IMG/VR virus record: IMGVR_UViG_3300038492_000686
Span: 1-35,450 of that record
Reading direction: 5' to 3' (one strand)
Length of the DNA: 35,450 bases
DNA from: a virus
Lineage: Duplodnaviria; Caudoviricetes
Made by a program: the position numbers and the translations under genes. Positions 26,094 to 33,553 of this stretch are shown one piece after another. The stretch's first letter is position 1. Every line of letters begins with the position of its first letter. The notes below the pieces were generated by a model that was not told where the DNA came from, did no database searches, and saw only the letters and a program-made list of their open reading frames with translations.

Positions 26094-26291
26094 ATGCCAG
26101 CCTGGGTTCTGACTAAGATTATTGAATTAGCAGTTCCTTATATTCTTGAGGGTGTGTTTGATTTGATCAAAGACTCTTTAGAAGATGATCCAGATTCAAA
26201 AGAATTAATAAAAAAGATACAAAAAAAAGAAGAGCTTTCTCCTGAGGATATAAAGAGAATGCACTTTGAGAGGGTAAAGGATAGGTTTTAG
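26094..26291 (+). CDS. Small hypothetical protein with amphipathic N-terminus
   Basis: ORF track; abuts both neighbours. Confidence 0.7.
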   Translation: MPAWVLTKIIELAVPYILEGVFDLIKDSLEDDPDSKELIKKIQKKEELSPEDIKRMHFERVKDRF

Positions 26292-28544
26292 ATGGCTTTT
26301 GATATTACAGAAAAAGCCTTGGCGGCAAGCCTTGGAACCGATCTTAGGCCTCAGATAGTTCTTGAAATTGATGGCATTGACACCATCTTTTCCACAACTC
26401 CTATTGAAAAGATAATTAGATACGGTGATCCAGATCTTGAGTATGGAGAGGGTGACGTTTATGGTGGATTAAGGGCTATTGATCCTCAAGAATCTGTAAT
26501 AAGCTTCCAGCGAGGGACATCGACTACCATTTCGCAAACACTAAACCTTGATAAAGGATTAGGGGAGTCGATCTCATCCATGAGAATCGCCCTGGTTGAT
26601 AAAGATCAACGCATCACTAGAGATATACTATCTCCTGATACAACGCAAACACCTGCCTTTGATGTCCTTGGGCGTCGATGTAGAATTTGGTTTGGCTTTG
26701 AGGGTACTTCATTTAAAGAGGATTTTATTACAATATTTAGAGGGGTAATTCAAAATACTTCAGCTGGTGCTGGAGTAATAACTTTAAATATTAACCATCC
26801 TGATCAAAAAAAGAAATCTGATATATTTATTCCAGCATCTGCTGAGTTAACATCAGCCATGGGCGCTGGAGATACTGTAGCCAATGTTGATGACACTCTG
26901 CCTTTCTTTGCACCTGTTTTAGGTCCTGATGGTCTAGTAGATGAGTCTGTTAAGTTCTTTGTTCGTATTGATGATGAGATAATGAGATATGAGGCCAAGT
27001 CAGGGACACAGTTTCAAACAATCACAAGAGGACAGCTTGGAACATTGGCCGCGGCACATTCCTCTGGAGCTTCTGTTGAGTCATTTATTACTCTCTCAGG
27101 TAATGCGATTGATCTCGCTCTTAAGCTCATGTTGTCAGGATGGAATGGCCCTTTTCTAGAGGACCAGGAGGTTGAGTCTTTTGTTGGCGTCGGCGCCGGA
27201 GATACAGTACCAAATGCAATCTTTTTTGCTAACACCGATGTGGCAAGAGATTTTGGAGCCGTGGTTGGTGATTACGTCACTGTTACTGGTGCCAGTAATG
27301 GCTCAAATAATGTCACGCTGGAACCCATAGTCGGAATAACTACAAATACTCTTGGGTCATATATTGAAATAGATCCAGCAGTGCCATTAGTTTTAGAAAA
27401 CGATTCATCTGCAGTGTGTGACTTTAGATCACAATACGATACTCTCGGTGATGGCGCTAAGATGATGGGTGATGAAGTTGATATTGACGAACATCTTTTC
27501 ATTCAAAGAACATTCTTAAGTTCTTTTGAATATGAATTCTACATTAGAGAAGAGATTAAGTTAAAAGAGTTTTTGTCTGAGCAAATATATAACCCAGCTG
27601 CGGCCTACTCTCTTCCAAGAAAATCAAAGTCATCGGTAGGATATCATCTTGCAGGACAGCTGCCTGGGACAAAGACTAAACTTTTATCAGAAAGAACTGT
27701 TACAAACCCTTCTCAGCTAAAGCTTGAGAGGTCTTTATCTAAAAACTTTTATAACTCAGTTACATATAAGTTTGAAGAAGATGCCTTAGAGGAAAAGCTT
27801 TTAAGGGTTGATGCAGACATTGATGCTGATTCTTTGGCAAGAATTGAAGGCGGAATAAGAAATAAATTAATTGAAGCTAAGGGAATGAGACTTCTTCTTT
27901 CTGCTATTAATAATGCAAACATTGCTAGATCAAGGATATTAAAGAAATTTAGATTTGGTGCTGAATTCATTAAAGGGCTCAAATCAAATTTAAAGACTGG
28001 TTTTGATATAGAGGTTGGAGATACTGCAGTTTTAGATTTAAACACATTAAATATATCAGATATTGATTCTGGAACCAGAAATGGTGACGCAAGAATATTC
28101 CAGCTAAGTAATAAGTCCTTTAACTTAAAAACTGGTGACATTACATTTGATATTGTTGATACTAACTTTGATAGAGACACAAGGTTTGCTCTCATTGGTC
28201 CGTGTTCCAAAATTAAGACTGGCATATCGACTACTCAATTTGTTATTGAAGAAACTGGTAATAGCCCCTTTGGTGTTAATGAGTTTAGAAAATGGGAAGA
28301 CTTTGAGGGGACTGGTGTTAAGATTAGGTCCTTGGATTTCACGGTCGAAGATGAAGTTAATATATTAAATGTAATCGGTAACACCATAACAGTAAGCCCT
28401 GCGTTATCATTTGTTCCATTGAATGGCTATTTTATGGAGCCTGCTAATTATAATTTAGCTATTGACGAGTTTAAGCTTTTATATGGTCATATGACAGACA
28501 ACGCTAACTTTGATGATGGTGAGCCAGTATACTCAATGCTTTAA
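26292..28544 (+). CDS. Baseplate hub / central tail tip protein
   Basis: 750 aa; ISSMRIALVD, TIFRGVI, IDDEIMRY...TRGQLGTLAAAH and IEVGD motifs. Confidence 0.7.
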   Translation: MAFDITEKALAASLGTDLRPQIVLEIDGIDTIFSTTPIEKIIRYGDPDLEYGEGDVYGGLRAIDPQESVISFQRGTSTTISQTLNLDKGLGESISSMRIALVDKDQRITRDILSPDTTQTPAFDVLGRRCRIWFGFEGTSFKEDFITIFRGVIQNTSAGAGVITLNINHPDQKKKSDIFIPASAELTSAMGAGDTVANVDDTLPFFAPVLGPDGLVDESVKFFVRIDDEIMRYEAKSGTQFQTITRGQLGTLAAAHSSGASVESFITLSGNAIDLALKLMLSGWNGPFLEDQEVESFVGVGAGDTVPNAIFFANTDVARDFGAVVGDYVTVTGASNGSNNVTLEPIVGITTNTLGSYIEIDPAVPLVLENDSSAVCDFRSQYDTLGDGAKMMGDEVDIDEHLFIQRTFLSSFEYEFYIREEIKLKEFLSEQIYNPAAAYSLPRKSKSSVGYHLAGQLPGTKTKLLSERTVTNPSQLKLERSLSKNFYNSVTYKFEEDALEEKLLRVDADIDADSLARIEGGIRNKLIEAKGMRLLLSAINNANIARSRILKKFRFGAEFIKGLKSNLKTGFDIEVGDTAVLDLNTLNISDIDSGTRNGDARIFQLSNKSFNLKTGDITFDIVDTNFDRDTRFALIGPCSKIKTGISTTQFVIEETGNSPFGVNEFRKWEDFEGTGVKIRSLDFTVEDEVNILNVIGNTITVSPALSFVPLNGYFMEPANYNLAIDEFKLLYGHMTDNANFDDGEPVYSML

Positions 28545-28553
28545 GGGGGAAGT

Positions 28554-29363
28554 ATGGCTGATATTCCTGGGAATATTGACAAATTAAACGACATTGAAAT
28601 TGCTAGTAATGCTCCAATTACTGAGACTTTAATGAATAAAATTGGTGCAAACATTAATCAGCTGATTGATTTGGCTGGAATTGCTTCTAACTCCCAGGAG
28701 TTTACTGCAAATGGTGTCTTTAATGTTCCAGAAGGAGTGACCTCTATACTAGTCGAAGCGATTGGCGGTGGAGGCGGGGGAGCCGAAGGGGACGCGGGGA
28801 TACCTGGTGGTGGTGGAGCTAGTGCATCTAGGGAGTTTCAGCTATTCACAGTAACTCCACTTGCAGCATTATCTGTAGGTATTGGCGCTGGGGGTACTGG
28901 TGGTGCTGCAGCCGGATCACAGCAGCCATCTGGTACTGCCGGGGGCAACACTGCTATTGATGGATTCGTAGTCTCAAGGGGAGCTCCGGGCGGTCAGGGG
29001 AATAGAGTCAATGATCCTAACCTTGATCCTCTTAATACTGCCCCGGGTGTTGGCGGCAGAGGCTTGATCGGTGGCGGAAATGGCGGGTCAGGATCTGGAA
29101 GCGCTAATGCAAATGGATATATAAGCCGTATTGGTCAGGCCAGCGCAAAGTTTGACGGAGGAACTAGCCCTAACTCAGGAGATGGTGGCGGAGGAGCTGC
29201 TTCTTATTATGGTGCTGGAGGAAATGGTGCTACTGGAGGCGGAGCTGCTGGATCTCCCGCTGCAACTGCGTATGGCGCAGGTGGTGGAGGAGGAGGCGGA
29301 AATGGCGGCGTTGATGTTTTTGGTGCTGCTGGTGCCTCAGGATACATGAAAATATACTGGTAA
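28554..29363 (+). CDS. Glycine-rich tail-associated protein
   Basis: FTANGVFNVPEGVTSILVEAIGGGGGG...GASGYMKIYW, the typical phage glycine-rich domain. Confidence 0.8.
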   Translation: MADIPGNIDKLNDIEIASNAPITETLMNKIGANINQLIDLAGIASNSQEFTANGVFNVPEGVTSILVEAIGGGGGGAEGDAGIPGGGGASASREFQLFTVTPLAALSVGIGAGGTGGAAAGSQQPSGTAGGNTAIDGFVVSRGAPGGQGNRVNDPNLDPLNTAPGVGGRGLIGGGNGGSGSGSANANGYISRIGQASAKFDGGTSPNSGDGGGGAASYYGAGGNGATGGGAAGSPAATAYGAGGGGGGGNGGVDVFGAAGASGYMKIYW

Positions 29364-29842
29364 TGTCAGCAAGAGATGCACTATTAAAATATCACGCTCG
29401 ACAGCTCGGGACTGCTAGAAAGAAGCGCAAAAAGAACAAGAAGCCAGAGCAGCAAGTTGTAGATGAAATTCATAAATGGCTTAAGAAACATGGTTTCGAT
29501 TGCAATACGGTTGAGGCTAAAGCGACCTGGTCAGAGGGTGGTTTTTATAAATCATCAACTGTTGCGCCTGGTTTTTCAGATATAGCTGGAAATGATAGAA
29601 ATGGATTTGCCGTATTCATAGAGGCCAAAGCTCCGGGCAAGCGTTCAACACTCCGACCTTCTCAGAGAGAGTTTCTTCTTCGGAAGATAAAAACAAATTG
29701 TTTCGCGGTTGTAGCTGATTCAGTTGGTTTTCTATCAACTGCATATGATGAATGGTGCAATCTTGGTGGCGAGGAAGCTCAGAAATATCTTTTTGGTCTA
29801 CTTCCCAAGACCCGATCAGGTGATGACGATCCATTATTCTAA
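29363..29842 (+). CDS. VRR-NUC (PD-(D/E)XK) nuclease
   Basis: PEQQV, PGFSDI, FIEAKAPG, LRPSQREFL motifs. Confidence 0.88.
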   Translation: MSARDALLKYHARQLGTARKKRKKNKKPEQQVVDEIHKWLKKHGFDCNTVEAKATWSEGGFYKSSTVAPGFSDIAGNDRNGFAVFIEAKAPGKRSTLRPSQREFLLRKIKTNCFAVVADSVGFLSTAYDEWCNLGGEEAQKYLFGLLPKTRSGDDDPLF

Positions 29843-30226
29843 TAGCTCAAAATGAGGAAGATCATGAAAAGTTTGATCTTTAAAATTATTGTCTCCATCC
29901 CAGTCGCATCCACATCTTATTTTTAGACCTAACTTTGCAGCTATACCCTTAACGAATCCGGCAAAATGATAAAACCTAGTATGATCATTCCAATCAATGG
30001 GATAAGGAGCCACATCCACTGCTTTAGATGGGAGGGCATTATGCTTACTCCTTGGAAATTTAAGTTTTGAGTAACCCTTTCTGTAGGCTTCATCTTGCTC
30101 CTCTTGTCCGCGATGTCCACATAGTATTGAACAATCATAGTATTTTATCACTTCATGGAAGAGTATCTGAAGTCTTTCATCACAGGTCGATAATCTTTTC
30201 AGGCTTGTCTTAGAATATGACGGCAT
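29834..30226 (-). CDS. Endolysin, M15 family L-Ala-D-Glu peptidase (T5 lysin-like)
   Basis: GHRGQEEQ, SKH...AVDVAP, DLPHFEL zinc-peptidase motifs. Confidence 0.93.
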   Translation of the reverse strand: MPSYSKTSLKRLSTCDERLQILFHEVIKYYDCSILCGHRGQEEQDEAYRKGYSKLKFPRSKHNALPSKAVDVAPYPIDWNDHTRFYHFAGFVKGIAAKLGLKIRCGCDWDGDNNFKDQTFHDLPHFELLE

Positions 30227-30238
30227 ATCTTACCTCAT

Positions 30239-30264
30239 AAAAAAGAGGGTCCGAAGACCCCCTT
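30239..30264 (-). terminator. Intrinsic terminator with UUCG tetraloop
   Basis: Minus strand AAGGGGGTC-TTCG-GACCCTC followed by T6. Confidence 0.88.
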
Positions 30265-30279
30265 GCCAGGTATTGGTGG

Positions 30280-30777
30280 TTATGCAGGATTAATTCCCAA
30301 TCTACCAGCTCCAACGTCACCTCTAAGAGGGCTTGATTCTGGAAGATCTAGTGGTTGAACTTGCATGATGTAATCTTCTAGGAAGCGTGACATTTTTTCT
30401 AAAAGCATGTCAACACGTCTTTCATCATGAGAGATGAGTCTTGCAGGCATTCTAGAGCTTTGAGAGTTGATTAACTCATGCTCTAAGATATCCCAAAGCT
30501 GCATGACATCCCCAATAGCTTCGTTCTCTGGAGCTGAAAGTGGCGCAGGCTCACCCAGGTCAATCTCGCGTGGAGATGTCTCAGGTAAGTCTAAAACTGG
30601 CTGGGTTTGAACCCATGCTTTATAAGCAATTAGACCGTTTAGATAGCTTCTTAATCTTTCTGCGTCAGCATCAGATACAAAAGCTACGTTTGCAGATGCG
30701 CTTTTTGCCCACTCATATTTGAAACGACGTAAACGGCGACAAAACCCCGCAATGTCGTGATTCATTGTTTTATACAT
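30280..30777 (-). CDS. Uncharacterised protein with two-fold internal repeat
   Basis: QPVLDLPETSP / QPLDLPESSP end two similar halves; AAGGAGGGG SD. Confidence 0.85.
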   Translation of the reverse strand: MYKTMNHDIAGFCRRLRRFKYEWAKSASANVAFVSDADAERLRSYLNGLIAYKAWVQTQPVLDLPETSPREIDLGEPAPLSAPENEAIGDVMQLWDILEHELINSQSSRMPARLISHDERRVDMLLEKMSRFLEDYIMQVQPLDLPESSPLRGDVGAGRLGINPA

Positions 30778-30817
30778 ATAATCCCCTCCTTGGAGTTATT
30801 AGTTAGGCCTAATAACT

Positions 30818-30846
30818 ATTAAAGAAAGGAATTGTATTATTTACAA
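30818..30846 (-). promoter_or_regulatory. Sigma70-type promoter for 30280-30777
   Basis: TTGTAA-17 nt-TTTAAT in an AT-rich intergenic gap. Confidence 0.55.
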
Positions 30847-30856
30847 GTATTGAACT

Positions 30857-31441
30857 TTAAATAACTGGTCTTGGTTTGCTATCTTTTTTTGCAGCACGTT
30901 GAGGTGTATCTTTTTCTACACCATCCACTATTCTCTGCTGCTTAAGGTATCTTAGAACACTTCTAATTCGCAAAATGATGTTGTGCATCTCTTTTTTGAT
31001 GTCCGCCTCATCACCAGGATCATATGCTGCAAAATACAAATCTATGAGTCTCTGGCACAGCTCATCTATTCTCTCATCCTTAGGGTTTGGTGGTGCCATA
31101 TCAGGAATAGGTATATCGCTCACTGGAGGTTCTATTTTTTCATTCAAAATTGGTGTATTTACAATATCTTCCCTAGTTATTGCAGGCACTTCTGAAGCTA
31201 TGGGCTCATCTTCCATGCCGGGAGGATCGGGCTCTTTGCCAGCATTAGGATCTTTTTCCTCATATTGCTCTCTAGTTACTTCTGGTCTTACCTGGTCATC
31301 ATTGTCTATGTTGACCGTAACGTTTACCGGCTTGTCTCCTTCATTTTTTGACTGAATTTTTGAAGGAGACTTTGATTTCCAAAGATCCCAAGCAATTAGA
31401 ATGCAGCCAACTCCTATCAGAAATCCTAGAAAGAGGGTCAT
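30857..31441 (-). CDS. Membrane-anchored protein with Pro/acidic linker and helical C-terminal domain
   Basis: N-terminal hydrophobic helix followed by KSKSPSK; P/E/D-rich middle. Confidence 0.75.
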   Translation of the reverse strand: MTLFLGFLIGVGCILIAWDLWKSKSPSKIQSKNEGDKPVNVTVNIDNDDQVRPEVTREQYEEKDPNAGKEPDPPGMEDEPIASEVPAITREDIVNTPILNEKIEPPVSDIPIPDMAPPNPKDERIDELCQRLIDLYFAAYDPGDEADIKKEMHNIILRIRSVLRYLKQQRIVDGVEKDTPQRAAKKDSKPRPVI

Positions 31442-31809
31442 AATAGACCCGCCTTAACGGACTCTAGTTTTTCCTTAAGATAGGAGATGACTTCACTCTT
31501 CACGCGCTTAGCACGATTAACATTACACTCTATCTTCCTGTGGACGTTCAAATCTATCCTCGCCCACGCTTCCCCTGTCTCCCAGTTGACAATACAAGTT
31601 TCTTCTTTGAGTTGAAGCTCCATACGTAATTTATCAAGAGCTTCTTTCTGAGACATTCTATAGTCTCTGATTGTTGGTTCAATTTTTTCGACACTCTCAG
31701 CCTCTAATGTTTGGTAGTTTAGCGTGCCCTTATAATCATTCCATATGATAAGGGCGGTTACACACACTATAGCAATGCTTAAAAAACCTAAAATGGCACC
31801 TTTTGACAT
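31438..31809 (-). CDS. Membrane-anchored hypothetical protein
   Basis: N-terminal hydrophobic helix; GGAAGG SD; ATGA overlap. Confidence 0.75.
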   Translation of the reverse strand: MSKGAILGFLSIAIVCVTALIIWNDYKGTLNYQTLEAESVEKIEPTIRDYRMSQKEALDKLRMELQLKEETCIVNWETGEAWARIDLNVHRKIECNVNRAKRVKSEVISYLKEKLESVKAGLL

Positions 31810-31823
31810 AATCTAGCCTTCCG

Positions 31824-32324
31824 TTAAAACGGCAACTCCTCGTCCGTATTCATGCTAGGTGGTGCATTTCCCGTGCCAGCGCCCTCTATAGCCTCAGCAG
31901 CGTTAAAATAGCCGTTGATGTAGGTTCTATTGTAAATTTTACCCGTTTGTGCGTCTGGTTTACTCTGGGTAACATAAACCTTAAGCTTCTTGCCCATGAG
32001 CTTATATAAAGCAGGACCAAAATCCTCTAGCTTTTTTGGCGTTAAATCTATCCCTAGAGCTTCAAAGTCTTTTCTTAAAGCTTTGAGTCCCCAATGAGCA
32101 GCATCTTCTGCGTTTAAAGGAATGTTCCTAAAAAGAACTCTGTTCTTATGTTCTCCATCTACAACTTTAAACTTGAAGTTAGCCCTTCCTTCTGTTTGAG
32201 ATTTAAGCTCAATCCCAGCCTCATCAACCACCGCTACGTACTCACCTTTTGCTAGCGGTTCAAAGCTTGGCCTATCCGCTTTAATTTCAGTTCCCGCTGT
32301 TTCCCAAATTGATGTTAAATCCAT
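31824..32324 (-). CDS. DUF669-family single-stranded DNA-binding protein
   Basis: FEPLAKGEY, GEHKNRVLF motifs; acidic DEELPF tail; adjacent to Sak4-like ATPase. Confidence 0.85.
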   Translation of the reverse strand: MDLTSIWETAGTEIKADRPSFEPLAKGEYVAVVDEAGIELKSQTEGRANFKFKVVDGEHKNRVLFRNIPLNAEDAAHWGLKALRKDFEALGIDLTPKKLEDFGPALYKLMGKKLKVYVTQSKPDAQTGKIYNRTYINGYFNAAEAIEGAGTGNAPPSMNTDEELPF

Positions 32325-32327
32325 AAA

Positions 32328-33011
32328 TTACCCCTCCCCTTCGAGATGTTTTTTTAGTTCACAATAGCTTAAGTTCATAACCTTGGGCAGAATTCCAGAT
32401 CGGTCGCCGGCATTGATGTTTTCATCTCCCTTGGTCAGGAGTATTCTGTCACCTTGGTCATTAATAAAACAATAAAGAATAAAGTCGCACAAACCAGATA
32501 TTGCCTTTCTGGCAGACCCCGAAAGCGTTGTGTCTGTATAAGCTCTTTTAATGCCTTTTTCATCAAGCTCTCTTGTGTCACTATGGCTAATAAAAACTAT
32601 TCCATATCCAGACTGACCTAGGGCATTTATAACTCTCATAAATTCTGCCCTGACGAGGTTGTAGCCTTTGCCAAAGGATAAATCTGACATGTGTTTTATG
32701 CCTTCTGTCTTACAGATATAATCCTCACACATCTTATATGTGTTATCTGCAGTATCGAATACAATAGTCTCAAACTGCTTATCGTCTCTTTGCTGTATAA
32801 GTTGACGACAAACATCTTTGATGTCAGACCAGTTCATAGGGTCAACTTTAAATACTTCTAAAAACTTATGTCCTGGTTCAGTTGCAATAAATAGTGATTT
32901 AGGAAACTTTGATGCAAAAGTGGATTTGCCTGATTTTGGCTGTCCGTATAGCAATATTGTTTTATCAGATAATGTTTTCTTCGGAGTCGACTTTTCTTTC
33001 GGTAGTTCCAT
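32328..33011 (-). CDS. Sak4-like (AAA_24) recombination ATPase
   Basis: Walker A LLYGQPKSGKST, TIVFDT, FGKGY, VFISH. Confidence 0.88.
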   Translation of the reverse strand: MELPKEKSTPKKTLSDKTILLYGQPKSGKSTFASKFPKSLFIATEPGHKFLEVFKVDPMNWSDIKDVCRQLIQQRDDKQFETIVFDTADNTYKMCEDYICKTEGIKHMSDLSFGKGYNLVRAEFMRVINALGQSGYGIVFISHSDTRELDEKGIKRAYTDTTLSGSARKAISGLCDFILYCFINDQGDRILLTKGDENINAGDRSGILPKVMNLSYCELKKHLEGEG

Positions 33012-33204
33012 CTATCTTCCTTCGTAATTCTTCATATGCTTCAGTTTTCATTCTTCTGTTAAAGTCTCGTATATTAGATATAACTCTAGTCAAACAAGTG
33101 TCTTTCGAGTAATGCTCAAAACCTTCAGCCTCCAAAGATTCCCTTATTACCTCTAATTCTCTTTGGATTCTTTCTAGATCTAATACTTTATTATTAAAAT
33201 ACAT
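32965..33204 (-). CDS. Hypothetical protein
   Basis: ORF track; operon packing. Confidence 0.55.
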   Translation of the reverse strand: MYFNNKVLDLERIQRELEVIRESLEAEGFEHYSKDTCLTRVISNIRDFNRRMKTEAYEELRRKIDGTTERKVDSEENII

Positions 33205-33395
33205 TTTCTATAAAAACTTTCATTTTTCAAAATATAATCAAGCCTTTCCACCCTTAACTTGTATCCCTGCGGGTTATAGCAAGGGTGTTTACTATATAGT
33301 CTTAAAGCTTTTTTAAATTTTCTTCTTAAAATCCAATTAATCATTATCAATAATAGCCTGGTGATATTTCTATGGCCTTGATGTATTTTAGTCAA
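33180..33395 (-). CDS. Hypothetical basic protein, start uncertain (33395 or 33344)
   Basis: ORF track; first sizeable ORF of minus operon. Confidence 0.45.
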   Translation of the reverse strand: MTKIHQGHRNITRLLLIMINWILRRKFKKALRLYSKHPCYNPQGYKLRVERLDYILKNESFYRKCILIIKY

Positions 33396-33469
33396 ACACT
33401 TTGGTCCAGTTGATAATAGATTTCATTAAAAAGCCCCCCTTTAGGCTTGCGGCTTGTCAAAGGCTAGAA

Positions 33470-33499
33470 TTGACCGGGGGGCAAGGATGAACGTAATCT
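33470..33499 (+). promoter_or_regulatory. Putative sigma70 promoter for primase-helicase
   Basis: TTGACC-18 nt-TAATCT. Confidence 0.5.
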
Positions 33500-33521
33500 A
33501 ATGTTTACGTCGAGCAGATCG

Positions 33522-33550
33522 GTTATACATTACAACAAGAGGGGAATCAA
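33522..33550 (-). promoter_or_regulatory. Putative sigma70 promoter for minus-strand operon
   Basis: Minus strand TTGATT-17 nt-TATAAC. Confidence 0.5.
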
Positions 33551-33553
33551 TAT

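Noticed and set aside
27749-28225. Antisense ORFs in structural genes (also 15284-15655, 25300-25698, 30975-31355 and others)
   Set aside because: Shadow frames of well-supported genes on the opposite strand, with no independent signals
28760-29340. GGN-rich repetitive DNA
   Set aside because: Reflects glycine codons in the Gly-rich protein; no repeat-spacer structure, so not CRISPR or a VNTR
22638-29363. Diversity-generating retroelement or invertible fibre cassette
   Set aside because: No reverse transcriptase, invertase or duplicated template/variable repeat seen
33430-33482. c-di-GMP-I riboswitch resemblance (GCAAGCCTAA)
   Set aside because: Lacks the GGCAAAC...GAAA P2 element; similarity too weak without an Infernal search
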